Source: Omnitrophica WOR_2 bacterium GWF2_43_52 (GTDB taxonomy: Bacteria; Omnitrophota; Gorgyraeia; Gygaellales; UBA12090). Taken from it: DNA of 64,000 nt. Below the pieces are notes generated by a model. It did not search any database. It was not told the DNA's origin and was given only the letters and a program-made list of their open reading frames with translations. The stretch lies in contig MHGF01000022.1 in assembly GCA_001805445.1 (NCBI GenBank), forward strand, positions 74,613 through 138,612, given 5' to 3'. This document shows, one piece after another, positions 37,812 through 47,495 of this stretch. Made by a program: the position numbers and the translations under genes. Every line of letters starts with the position of its first letter. Within the stretch, counting starts at the first letter, position 1.

Positions 37812-38636
37812 TCAATCAACAATAATAACCTCTGTGCCTACGGGAAGCAGGCTATAGAGTTCCTCTACTTCTGCGTTATGCATCCGCACGCAGCCGGCAG
37901 TCGCTTGTTTTCCAATACTTCCGGGGTCGGTAGTGCCGTGGATACCATAGCTTGCGATATCGAAACCAAGCCAGCGTGTCCCTAAAATATTTTCCGGGCT
38001 ATCAGCAGGAACAACCGCTCCTGCTTTATACCAGGTAGGATTTACCAATTTTGTGGTTATTTTAAAATTACCCACTGGAGTTGAATTGCTGGTTCCGGTT
38101 GCTACATTATATATTTTCACAATCTCATCGTTTGATTTCAGGACCAGAATATTCTGTGATTTATCAACAAACACGCTGAACTTAGCCGTCCATATTTTAA
38201 GCTTTTGGCCCGGGGTGATTCGGTCAGAGGTAAGATTATTGCTTCTTTTAATGAGTTCTACGGTGGTAGTAAATTGCTTGGCAATTTTGACAAGAGAATC
38301 TAACGGCTGAACATCATACGATTGGCTTACACCGGTAACAATAAGCGGAGAGAGGATAATTTTCAGGTTCACTTCATCAAGTCTTTTCTGCCACGCGTTT
38401 ACGTCTTTATGCCCGGGGAAATCATTGATTAATTTTGTATACGCTGCCTTGATGGCCACAAGATCCCCTTTTTGCTCCATGGCTTGAGCTTCTTTGAGAA
38501 GGCTTTGCACTGACGTGTGTGCTGCAACAGGAGAATTACCTGTCGATGAAACACGGGGCCTAAAAATAAAAAAGGCTCCGGCTATCCCTACGGCTAAGAA
38601 AAATATCACAATAAGCACAATTCTGTTTCTCACCAA
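37812..38636 (-). CDS. LysM plus YkuD L,D-transpeptidase
   Basis: LysM domain (YDVQ..DSL..IAK) and YGIHGT...AGCVRM. Confidence 0.93.
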   Translation of the reverse strand: MVRNRIVLIVIFFLAVGIAGAFFIFRPRVSSTGNSPVAAHTSVQSLLKEAQAMEQKGDLVAIKAAYTKLINDFPGHKDVNAWQKRLDEVNLKIILSPLIVTGVSQSYDVQPLDSLVKIAKQFTTTVELIKRSNNLTSDRITPGQKLKIWTAKFSVFVDKSQNILVLKSNDEIVKIYNVATGTSNSTPVGNFKITTKLVNPTWYKAGAVVPADSPENILGTRWLGFDIASYGIHGTTDPGSIGKQATAGCVRMHNAEVEELYSLLPVGTEVIIVD

Positions 38637-38648
38637 ACCCTCCTTAGG

Positions 38649-39101
38649 TTATCTGCTTAAGATAACCGCAATTAATGCGCCAATGATTGAGCCAATAAGC
38701 ACCTGAATGGGCGTGTGTCCGAGCAGCTCCTTGAGCTTGTTCTCTTTGATTTTTCCCTGCCAAGAAATATCTTCCATAATTTTATTGAGAATTTCCGCCT
38801 GCCTTCCTGCTGAACGGCGTACTCCCTGGGCATCAAACATCGTAACCATCGCAAATACGAATGCCAAGGCAAATAATGGCGATGAAAAACCTACTTCCAG
38901 GCCGCTGGAAAGGGCAAGCGCTGTTGCCCCCGCGGCATGTGATGAAGGCATGCCTCCGGTGCCGATAAACCAACGGAAATCGAATTTCTTCTGCTGCATT
39001 ACCCCCAGCGTTACCTTAATTGTCTGGGTAAATACCCAGGCAACAATGGTAACCGCGAGAATATGATTATTCAGAAAATAACGGGCTAAAAATTCTTTCA
39101 T
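38649..39101 (-). CDS. Divergent PAP2 (DUF212) family protein
   Basis: GGMPSSH, DAQGVRR, LGHTP. Confidence 0.93.
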   Translation of the reverse strand: MKEFLARYFLNNHILAVTIVAWVFTQTIKVTLGVMQQKKFDFRWFIGTGGMPSSHAAGATALALSSGLEVGFSSPLFALAFVFAMVTMFDAQGVRRSAGRQAEILNKIMEDISWQGKIKENKLKELLGHTPIQVLIGSIIGALIAVILSR

Positions 39102-39694
39102 TTGAGCGGAGTCACCTCTATTGTAACGCGCGTATTTACGGTAGAAGCGCCATCTTTAATTAAATAGCCTAAGTTACCATTCAAACTATCGTCTTGTGTT
39201 AGGGGCATTACTCTCCATCTCGCAGATGATTGCCGCATTTTTACTTTTTGCTCCCTTATTGCTTTTTTTAATTCTGTTAAAGAATGAAACCGCGCGTTCA
39301 GCTGCGCGTTCTCCTGCTCAAGAAGCATGTTTTTTTCGATTAATACCTGATGTCCATCTTTTAATTGGGCATTTTCCTTTCGCCAATGTTTAATCTCTCT
39401 GATAAGCGAAAAAATGTGTTTCTGCTTTTTATGATTATAGTCCTTGAGCTCCTGCGCCCTGGCTCGAACGAGCTTCAGCCTTTCTAAGGTGGGAGACTGC
39501 CCCTGATTTTCTGCACTGCCTGCTGCCCATTCACTGGCAAGCTGTCCTTCCAATAGCGCAATCTCCTTATCTACCTCTTGTAATTGAGCTTCCAGCCTAT
39601 TTTCTTCATGAGACACATTTACATATCTCAAACCCAGGAAAACCGTTATCCCTAAAAGCACAGTAAACAATAAGACTACCGCGTTCTTTGGCAT
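39098..39694 (-). CDS. Membrane-anchored coiled-coil hypothetical protein
   Basis: N-terminal TM segment, heptad-rich body, operonic overlap. Confidence 0.7.
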   Translation of the reverse strand: MPKNAVVLLFTVLLGITVFLGLRYVNVSHEENRLEAQLQEVDKEIALLEGQLASEWAAGSAENQGQSPTLERLKLVRARAQELKDYNHKKQKHIFSLIREIKHWRKENAQLKDGHQVLIEKNMLLEQENAQLNARFHSLTELKKAIREQKVKMRQSSARWRVMPLTQDDSLNGNLGYLIKDGASTVNTRVTIEVTPLK

Positions 39695-39815
39695 CTTTAG
39701 ATCCCCTAACTTTTAAAATATAGATTTTCTTGCTTTCTGACAGCGCTTATGTTATTGTAAAAATACTATTATATTCGCGTTTTGCTATTTGTGCAAGGTT
39801 TTTTTGGAGAGGCAG

Positions 39816-41381
39816 ATGCTTTCTAAAGTCTTAAGCTATGGGTTATTAGGTATTGAAGCCTATTGTGTAGAAATAGAAGTTGATGTCCGGCAAGGGCTTC
39901 CAGCTGTTAACTTTGTAGGGCTTGCGGACCAGTCAACGAAAGAAAGTAAAGACAGGATTAAATGCGCGATACAGAATAGCGGCTTTCAATACCCCGCAGA
40001 AAGAATTACCGTTAACCTTGCGCCTGCTGATATCCCCAAAAGCGGCCCTGCCTTTGACCTTCCGATAGCCTTAGGGTTACTGGCAAGCGCTTCGCATATT
40101 AGCAAAAAAACGCTCCAGGATTTTGTGTTTCTCGGAGAGCTTGCATTAAATGGCGATATCCGGCCAATCAAAGGAAGCCTGCCTATTGCTATGGCAATGC
40201 GAGACACAAAAACTACCCCTAAAAGGCTTATTCTTCCCCTGGGCAACGCGGCTGAAGCAGGAATAATCGAACAAATAGACGCCTATGGAGTTACAAGCCT
40301 CAAAGAAGTTATCCACTTTTTATCTGAACAAACCGCGCTTTCACCTACAAAAATCAATCTTCTCCAATCAATGCAAGGCATACACTACCCTTTTGACTTT
40401 CAGGAGGTAAAAGGGCAGAATTTAGCTAAGAGGGCATTAGAAGTAGCTGTTTCCGGCGCGCACAATGTGCTGATGATTGGCCCTCCCGGAAGCGGGAAGA
40501 CGATGCTTGCCAAACGAATTCCCAGTATTTTACCGGACATTACCTTGGAAGAAGCCCTGGAAACCACTCAAATACACTCAAGCTTAGGAGCAGTATCCCC
40601 GCGGCGAGGCCTGGTTACTCAACGGCCCTTTTTTGCGCCACACCATACTATCTCGGATATAGCAATGGTCGGAGGAAGCCAATTGCCGCAACCCGGAGAA
40701 ATCAGCCTTGCTCATAACGGAGTCTTATTCTTAGATGAACTTCCCGAGTTTAAGCGTAATGTGCTTGAGGCGCTTAGGCAACCCCTTGAGGAAGGAAAAA
40801 TAAAAATTTCACGAATCCAAAAAACCTTAAGCTTTCCGGCTAAGTTTATGCTGGTTGCGGCGATGAATCCCTGCCCCTGCGGTTATTATACCGACCCCAC
40901 AAAACAGTGCCGCTGTAATTCCACAAAAATAGAACGCTATCTCTCCAAAATCTCAGGGCCCCTTTTGGATAGAATAGATATTCACATTGAGGTCCCGGCG
41001 ATAAAATATAAAGAGCTTACTTCCTGCGACAGCCCTGAACCGTCAGTAACGATACAAACGCGGGCCAAAAATGCCCGCGCCATACAATTGCAGCGTTTTT
41101 CCGCCAAAGGCGGATCCGCCTGCGGCGAAAAGGCCGAAGGGATATTTGCCAACGCGCAGATGAGCCATGCTCATATTAAAAAATACTGTACCGTTTCCTG
41201 CGATGGGCAGGCCCTGCTTAAGGCCGCGATTGAGGAATTAGGGTTCTCGGCACGGGCTTACGATAAAATCTTACGCGTCTCGCGCACTATTGCCGATTTA
41301 GCTGAATCTGAAACGATTGAAGCGGAACATATTTCAGAAGCAATACAATACAGAAGTTTAGACAGGCAGCTCTTTAGTTAA
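39816..41381 (+). CDS. comM: YifB/ComM Mg-chelatase-like AAA ATPase
   Basis: NLAPAD, GPPGSGKT, LFLDELPEF, AMNPCPCG; start at MLSKV after GGAGAGG. Confidence 0.93.
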   Translation: MLSKVLSYGLLGIEAYCVEIEVDVRQGLPAVNFVGLADQSTKESKDRIKCAIQNSGFQYPAERITVNLAPADIPKSGPAFDLPIALGLLASASHISKKTLQDFVFLGELALNGDIRPIKGSLPIAMAMRDTKTTPKRLILPLGNAAEAGIIEQIDAYGVTSLKEVIHFLSEQTALSPTKINLLQSMQGIHYPFDFQEVKGQNLAKRALEVAVSGAHNVLMIGPPGSGKTMLAKRIPSILPDITLEEALETTQIHSSLGAVSPRRGLVTQRPFFAPHHTISDIAMVGGSQLPQPGEISLAHNGVLFLDELPEFKRNVLEALRQPLEEGKIKISRIQKTLSFPAKFMLVAAMNPCPCGYYTDPTKQCRCNSTKIERYLSKISGPLLDRIDIHIEVPAIKYKELTSCDSPEPSVTIQTRAKNARAIQLQRFSAKGGSACGEKAEGIFANAQMSHAHIKKYCTVSCDGQALLKAAIEELGFSARAYDKILRVSRTIADLAESETIEAEHISEAIQYRSLDRQLFS

Positions 41382-41505
41382 AGGTTAAACACGAATTCCC
41401 ACTAATTTTTATCGAATTAACACGAATCAATTCACGGAAATTCATGTTTTAAACGGGATTTTTTAGTGTACACATTAACACCTAAGAGAAAGGAGAAAAA
41501 ACAGA

Positions 41506-41820
41506 ATGATACTCACCAATATCGAATCCGTTCCAGGTAAGAAAATCATCGAACATTACGGCTTAGTCTGCGGGAGCACCATACGGGCAAAAAACGCGTT
41601 TAAAGATTTAGGCGCGGGCTTCAAAAACATCTTTGGCGGGGAGTTAAAAAGTTATACCGCGTTAATGGAAGAATCGCGCGGCCAGGCCATAGAACGCATG
41701 ATGCAGCAGGCGCAGGCGCTTGGGGCCAACGCGATTATCAATGTGCGTTTTTCCACCTCAAACATCGCGCAGGGAGCGGCTGAATTATACGTCTACGGCA
41801 CCGCGATCAAAACAGAATAG
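41506..41820 (+). CDS. YbjQ/UPF0145 family protein
   Basis: GGELKSYT..M.ESR..A..RM..A..LGANAI..RF. Confidence 0.93.
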   Translation: MILTNIESVPGKKIIEHYGLVCGSTIRAKNAFKDLGAGFKNIFGGELKSYTALMEESRGQAIERMMQQAQALGANAIINVRFSTSNIAQGAAELYVYGTAIKTE

Positions 41821-41830
41821 GAGGCGCGCT

Positions 41831-42259
41831 ATGTTTGATTTGATTTCTTTTATTATTTTGGTTGGCCTGGGCTATTTCATAGGTACACAGATAGAAAAAA
41901 AGCACTACGCGTCGCTGAAACGCCGCGAAGCGCTTTACTTACAGCTTCCCGCGGTTACCGCCAAAAACATGCTTGAAGAGAGGCCGATTGAAAAGGCCAG
42001 CCTCATTTCAGGGAGTGCCGCGATCTCCACCGATTATTTTAAAACACTGCTTTCCGGGCTGAGGAATTTCTTAGGCGGAGAAATATCAGCTCACGAAACC
42101 ATCCTTGACCGGGCGCGAAGAGAGGCCATCGTGCGCCTTAAGGAAAAAGCGGCCGATGCGGATATTATTTTAAATCTGCGTATTGAAACTTCCACCGTAA
42201 GCCTCATGGGCGGGGCCGAGGTTTTAGCCTATGGCACGGCGATATATTATAAAAAATGA
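41831..42259 (+). CDS. Membrane-anchored YbjQ-like protein
   Basis: N-terminal TM segment, LDRARREA..RLK, EVLAYGTA; start after GGAGG. Confidence 0.88.
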   Translation: MFDLISFIILVGLGYFIGTQIEKKHYASLKRREALYLQLPAVTAKNMLEERPIEKASLISGSAAISTDYFKTLLSGLRNFLGGEISAHETILDRARREAIVRLKEKAADADIILNLRIETSTVSLMGGAEVLAYGTAIYYKK

Positions 42260-43080
42260 AGTTTACGCCCAAAACGATTGAGGAAAATGTCAATGTTTCG
42301 CCAACCTCTCCGGTTAAGGATTTCTTTGAGTTAATCCTTAAAATACTGGGTATATTTTTAGCCTTGTATATCCTGCTTGGCTTCGCGGTTGATTATATCG
42401 CCCCCCGCATCTCGGAAAAAACAGAAGCTCAATTTGGCGCTTTATTTAACAGTATCTACGAAGAACAAAAACTCCCGGACTCCGAGAAAACAGTTCAATC
42501 TATTGTAGATAAATTATTATCGCACAATCCTTCGCTGCCAAGATTCACGTATCAAACACACCTTATTGAATCAAAAAAAATCAACGCGCAGGCCTTCCCC
42601 GGAGGGCATATTATCATCTATACCGGCTTATTAAAGGAAATGCGTTCTGAAAATGAGTTGGCGATGGTCATTGCCCATGAGTTAGGCCATTTTGCCCATC
42701 GAGACCACTTGCGCGGCTTAGGCAGGGGCCTGGTATTCCTGGTATTTTCCACCTTTCTCTCCGGAGCCGATAGTTCCGTAAGCAGGTTCATTGCCAATTC
42801 AATGACCAATGCCGAAATGAGATTTTCTCAAACGCAGGAAAGCGCCGCGGACTCCTTCGCGCTGGAATTATTGAATAAAACCTACAGCCATGCCGCGGGG
42901 GCAACGGATTTCTTCGAGAAAATGTCGCTAAAGTATCCGGCGCCGCGTTTTTTCTATATCTTCGCGACCCACCCGTATCCTCAACGCCGCATTGAAGCGC
43001 TCAAAAATACTATCAAAGAAAAACACTACTTAATAAAAGAAAAAATCCCCCTGTCGCTGCCGCACCAAGATGTTCACTGA
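42256..43080 (+). CDS. M48 family metallopeptidase
   Basis: NA.AFPGG, AHELGH, E..AD, THP...RI. Confidence 0.93.
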   Translation: MKFTPKTIEENVNVSPTSPVKDFFELILKILGIFLALYILLGFAVDYIAPRISEKTEAQFGALFNSIYEEQKLPDSEKTVQSIVDKLLSHNPSLPRFTYQTHLIESKKINAQAFPGGHIIIYTGLLKEMRSENELAMVIAHELGHFAHRDHLRGLGRGLVFLVFSTFLSGADSSVSRFIANSMTNAEMRFSQTQESAADSFALELLNKTYSHAAGATDFFEKMSLKYPAPRFFYIFATHPYPQRRIEALKNTIKEKHYLIKEKIPLSLPHQDVH

Positions 43081-43081
43081 G

Positions 43082-43182
43082 AAAAAAGGGGTCACACCTA
43101 TTTTTCCGCTTTTCTCTTCGTTATCTGGTGAAAACTATATTGTGAAGAAAAAGTGAACAAAAATAGGGGTGACCCCTTTTTT
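43082..43182. repeat. REP-like inverted repeat, possible bidirectional terminator
   Basis: aaaaaaggggtcacacctatttt ... aaaataggggtgacccctttttt between convergent genes. Confidence 0.7.
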
Positions 43183-43189
43183 CTTTATT

Positions 43190-43450
43190 TTATTCTTTCT
43201 TGCCTAAAGGCTTAACATTAATTACCGTGTGTTTTTTATCGGTTTTGTAGGTCCCTCTTTTGCGGGTAAAATATACCGTACCATCGCAAACAGCAGACAG
43301 GCTGCCTTTACCGGCAACATTAAGGCCGGCTTTCCATTTATTGCCTTCACGGGTTAGAATCGCGCCCTTTTTCACTACCTGGCCACCAACAACCTTCAAC
43401 CCTTTGGTTTCAGGATAATGCTTATGCGTTACTCCGCCAACTCCTATCAT
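43190..43450 (-). CDS. rpmA: Divergent ribosomal protein bL27-like protein
   Basis: GLK..GGQ.V..G.IL.R.G.K...G.NV...L.A..DG.V.F core is present; the canonical AHKK/GRDS N-terminus is absent. Confidence 0.75.
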   Translation of the reverse strand: MIGVGGVTHKHYPETKGLKVVGGQVVKKGAILTREGNKWKAGLNVAGKGSLSAVCDGTVYFTRKRGTYKTDKKHTVINVKPLGKKE

Positions 43451-43481
43451 ACGTAAACACCCCTTTCTTTACATAACTTTG

Positions 43482-43880
43482 TTACAGCTGCTGCCATAAC
43501 AAGATGACCCTGTTTAAAAATACAAAAAATCCTAAAATCCCCGCAAAGAGCACCGCCACCAAGACTACTCCCGCGGCTACGTCTTTAATAAGCTTGATTT
43601 TCGGATGGAACTCTTCGGTAATCAAATTGCTCAAATCTTCAATGAGCGTATTGATGACTTCCGCGAGAAAAACAACCATAATCGCTACGCTTAAAACGAA
43701 TATTTCTAATTTTGATATCCCCAGATAAAAACCGCATACCATCGCGAAGATAAAGGAAAGAAATATCAAGCGGGCATTACGGTGATTGGTGAGAATATGG
43801 TATATCCCCCGCAGAGCATTCTGGATACTCTCAAGTAAAGTATCGCTACTCCAAGAGCGGATTTCTTTTTTCGTACCCAT
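43482..43880 (-). CDS. Diacylglycerol/undecaprenol kinase (DgkA family)
   Basis: AEVINTLIE, KDVAAGVV. Confidence 0.9.
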   Translation of the reverse strand: MGTKKEIRSWSSDTLLESIQNALRGIYHILTNHRNARLIFLSFIFAMVCGFYLGISKLEIFVLSVAIMVVFLAEVINTLIEDLSNLITEEFHPKIKLIKDVAAGVVLVAVLFAGILGFFVFLNRVILLWQQL

Positions 43881-43884
43881 AGCC

Positions 43885-44442
43885 CTAATCCTTCATCAAT
43901 GACAAGGCCTCTGAACGGGTTTTAACGTTTTCCTTAAAAATACCCCGCACCGCGGAAGTCACTGTGCGTGTCCCCGGTTTTTGGACTCCGCGCATGGACA
44001 TGCAAAGATGCTCTGCTTCTATAACTACCATTACGCCCAAAGGCTTGAGTTTTTCCATGATAATCTCGGCAATCTGTGTCGTCAAACGCTCCTGGACCTG
44101 TGGGCGGCGCGCCAAGGTATCGACGACCCGGGCAATCTTACTTAAGCCGGTAACTCTGCCATGTTTAGGAATATAGGCAACGTTGGCTTTGCCGATAAAA
44201 GGAATAAGATGATGTTCGCAAATGGAATATAACGGGATGCCTTTGAGCAGAATGATTTCCTCATGCTTTTGGTCTAAAATAACCTCAAGCTCTTTTGCCG
44301 GATCCTTCTGCGTGCCGGAGAAAATTTCTTCATACATTTCGGCTACCCGCCGAGGAGTTTCCACTAAGTCTCTGCGCTTAGGATTCTCTCCGATAGCTTC
44401 CAAAATATCCCGAATCGCCTTTTCTATCTTTTTTTTGTCCAT
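43885..44442 (-). CDS. folE: GTP cyclohydrolase I
   Basis: [23 protein letters not shown]. Confidence 0.98.
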   Translation of the reverse strand: MDKKKIEKAIRDILEAIGENPKRRDLVETPRRVAEMYEEIFSGTQKDPAKELEVILDQKHEEIILLKGIPLYSICEHHLIPFIGKANVAYIPKHGRVTGLSKIARVVDTLARRPQVQERLTTQIAEIIMEKLKPLGVMVVIEAEHLCMSMRGVQKPGTRTVTSAVRGIFKENVKTRSEALSLMKD

Positions 44443-44478
44443 TCTCTATCTCTCGGCGAAATTTAACAACCGCCTCTC

Positions 44479-45945
44479 TTACTTACCGACGCAAAACTCA
44501 CCAAATATTTTATCTAAAATATCTTCTTCAATGATTTCGCCAGTTATATGCGCCAAATGATTACTACAGATTTTTAAATCTTCGGCGATAAACTCAATAG
44601 ATGCCTCTCTGGCTAAAGAATCTTTTGCCTGTTGTAAGGCTTTACGCGCCTCTTTAAGCGCCTGGATATGGCGCGCGTTAGTAATAATGATTTCCTCCGA
44701 AGCCTCTAGGTTACCCTGCCACACCGTTTGAAAAATACTCTCTTCAAGCGCCATAAGCCCTTTTTGTTTTCGGGTTGAAATTTTCACGCTACGAGAAAAA
44801 GAGCGCTGTATCTGGCCTTCTTCTATTCGTATCTTAAGATCGCACTTATTCAATACCGCGATCACGCTCTTGTGGCTGGCTTTTTTGATTAAGGCTCTAT
44901 CTTCTTGCGTAAGCCTGCGGCTTGCGTCAAAAACCAAAAGTACCAGATTCGCCTTTTCAAAATAGCTCTGGGTGCGTTTAAGCGCTTCCTTTTCTATGAA
45001 ATCCCGCGGCTCTATTATACCTGCAGTATCGGCAATCTTCAAGGGAATTCCCTGTAAATCCAGAATTTCCTCAATAGCATCCCGGGTGGTTCCGGCAACA
45101 GGGCTTACTATTGCCCGCTCCTCCCGCAATAAGGCATTCAGAAGCGACGACTTTCCTACGTTTGCCTTGCCCACAATGACAACGCGTATTCCTTCGCGTA
45201 AAATTTTCCCGTGAGAAGCTGAATGCAGCAATGCCTGTATCAAGCCGGATACTACGTCTATCGACTGGGCAATCTTTTCTCTCTGGACAGGCGTTATTTC
45301 CTCTTCAGAAAAATCGATATTTGCCTCAAGCAGCGCAAGGACTTCCAAAAGCTTTGCTTTTAGCTTATTGATTTCCTGCGACAATGCTCCTTTAAGCTGC
45401 CGTATGCCGCTCTCTAAGCCGCGGGTAGTCTTGGCATTAATAACATCCAAAACAGCCTCTGCCTTACTTAAATCAATCCTGCCGTTTAAAAATGCCCTTT
45501 TGGTAAATTCTCCGGGTAATGCCAAACGCGCGCCAGCTGAAAGCACTACGTCTAAAATTTCCCGTAGCACTACAATCCCGTTATGGCAGCTGATTTCTAC
45601 AATATCTTCCTTGGTGTAACTTCGCGGAGCGCGCATCACGGTCAAAAGCACTTCGTCAATTACATTGGTCGATAGTCTATGGTCAATAGCCGATGGTTTT
45701 TTCTGATGGCGTGGCGACATGCCTGCCCCGACTGAAACGTCGGGGATGCTCTGGTGACTTTTCACAATCCATCCATAATGCACCGTATAGGTTTTGTACC
45801 CTGAGGGTTTGCCTCCATCCTTAGAAACAAATATTTTATCCGCGATTGGCAAAACATCCTGGCCGCTTAGACGGATTATTCCTATGCCGCCCTGGCCTAT
45901 GGGTGTAGAAATTGCGGCAATGGTATCATTCATAGTTTTAAACAT
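44479..45945 (-). CDS. mnmE: tRNA modification GTPase MnmE
   Basis: DTIAAIST, GKANVGKSS, GTTRD, DTAG, NKCD, FCVGK. Confidence 0.97.
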   Translation of the reverse strand: MFKTMNDTIAAISTPIGQGGIGIIRLSGQDVLPIADKIFVSKDGGKPSGYKTYTVHYGWIVKSHQSIPDVSVGAGMSPRHQKKPSAIDHRLSTNVIDEVLLTVMRAPRSYTKEDIVEISCHNGIVVLREILDVVLSAGARLALPGEFTKRAFLNGRIDLSKAEAVLDVINAKTTRGLESGIRQLKGALSQEINKLKAKLLEVLALLEANIDFSEEEITPVQREKIAQSIDVVSGLIQALLHSASHGKILREGIRVVIVGKANVGKSSLLNALLREERAIVSPVAGTTRDAIEEILDLQGIPLKIADTAGIIEPRDFIEKEALKRTQSYFEKANLVLLVFDASRRLTQEDRALIKKASHKSVIAVLNKCDLKIRIEEGQIQRSFSRSVKISTRKQKGLMALEESIFQTVWQGNLEASEEIIITNARHIQALKEARKALQQAKDSLAREASIEFIAEDLKICSNHLAHITGEIIEEDILDKIFGEFCVGK

Positions 45946-46033
45946 ATTCTCTTTGTTAATAGCGGTTACCAACGGTTAAAAGCAGTTAATAACAGTTACT
46001 GTTGTAACCGATTGTAACCAATAGTAACTGCTC

Positions 46034-47431
46034 TTAACTGTTTGTAACTGCCTTTAATATTATCTTTCTGGCTTCTCCCACTACAAATAATGAACCGGTA
46101 ATCAAAATTAAGTCTTTGGAGCCGGCGAGGTATTTGGCAAGGACAATTGCTTTCTTTACATCAGACGTTACTTCTAACGGTTTGCCTATATATTTTTTAA
46201 TGCTTTCAGGCTCTTCTGCCCTAGGATTCCAGGCTTTAGTCAGAATGACCTTATCCGCGATATCCTCAAGCATCGCACAGACACCCTCTATATCTTTATC
46301 AGAAGAAATCCCTAAAACTAAAATCAGCTTTTGATACGTATAATATTTCTTTAATGCTTCCTTGAGCGTAAACGCTGAAGCCGTGTTTTGCGCTCCATCA
46401 AGAATTATCGTCGGCTTTCTCCCCGCTATTTCAAGCCTGCCCGGCCAAGAGGCGCTCATTAAACCTCTTTTTATTACGTGGGGACTCAGGCGCTTATCCT
46501 CAAGCGCCTCTGCCATACCGATAGCCAAAGAAGCATTATCCAATTGATGTTCACCAAGCAGTTTTATTTTCAGGCCCGTATACTTTCTCTTCAGCCCTCT
46601 GACCTCAAAGCTCTGCCACTCACCCTTGATTCTTCCTAAACGCCAGACAATATCTTTACCTACTTCATATAACCTTGCCTTTTCTTTAAGGCAACGTTTT
46701 TTTATAACTGCCCGTGCCTCTTTCTTCTGCGCCGCACTTATGACAATGAGGGAATTGCCGTATCTATCGTCCTTCGTCCCTCGTCCCTCGTCCCTCTTAA
46801 TAATCCCCGCCTTCTCTTTCGCTATTTTTGCGAGGCTCTTGCCTAAAAGATCCATATGGTCATAGCTTATCGGGGTAATCCCGCAGACTAAAGGGTCTAC
46901 CACATTAGTAGCGTCAAGCCTCCCGCCTAACCCTGTTTCTAAAACCGCGTAATCCACTCGTTGTTCCTTAAAATACATAAACGCAAGCGCCGTATACACC
47001 TCAAAAAAAGTCAAATCCCCATATTTACTTACGCGCTGATATTTCTCAATTAACGGCTTTACTCTTTCTACAAGATGTGTTATCTCTTTCTTGCTTATCA
47101 TCCCCTCAAACTCGTCCTTCGTCTTTCGTCTTTCGTCCTTCGTCTTTCGTAATACGCGAATTCTCTCCCTTACATCCATTAAATGCGGCGAGGTATATAA
47201 TCCCACGCTATAGCCGGCTTCTCTTAAAATAGAGGCAATAAAAATACATACTGAGCCTTTCCCCTTAGTGCCGGCAATATGCAGGCATTGTAAGGCCTCT
47301 TGCGGATTACCGATAAGTTCCAAAAAATCCTGAATTCTTTCTAACTTAAAGGATTTTCTATAAGAATACGTATTTTTATTCTCATAGTTAATGAACGAAT
47401 TAAGATAGGCGAGTGCCTCTGTATAAGTCAT
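46034..47431 (-). CDS. folC: Folylpolyglutamate synthase
   Basis: GTKGKGS, YTSPHL, ETGLGGRLDATN, WPGR. Confidence 0.97.
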   Translation of the reverse strand: MTYTEALAYLNSFINYENKNTYSYRKSFKLERIQDFLELIGNPQEALQCLHIAGTKGKGSVCIFIASILREAGYSVGLYTSPHLMDVRERIRVLRKTKDERRKTKDEFEGMISKKEITHLVERVKPLIEKYQRVSKYGDLTFFEVYTALAFMYFKEQRVDYAVLETGLGGRLDATNVVDPLVCGITPISYDHMDLLGKSLAKIAKEKAGIIKRDEGRGTKDDRYGNSLIVISAAQKKEARAVIKKRCLKEKARLYEVGKDIVWRLGRIKGEWQSFEVRGLKRKYTGLKIKLLGEHQLDNASLAIGMAEALEDKRLSPHVIKRGLMSASWPGRLEIAGRKPTIILDGAQNTASAFTLKEALKKYYTYQKLILVLGISSDKDIEGVCAMLEDIADKVILTKAWNPRAEEPESIKKYIGKPLEVTSDVKKAIVLAKYLAGSKDLILITGSLFVVGEARKIILKAVTNS

Positions 47432-47495
47432 AGGAAGGAAACGTACGATACGTTAAAGCTATTTCCGTATTGAGATAATCCCTATGCCCCTCTGT

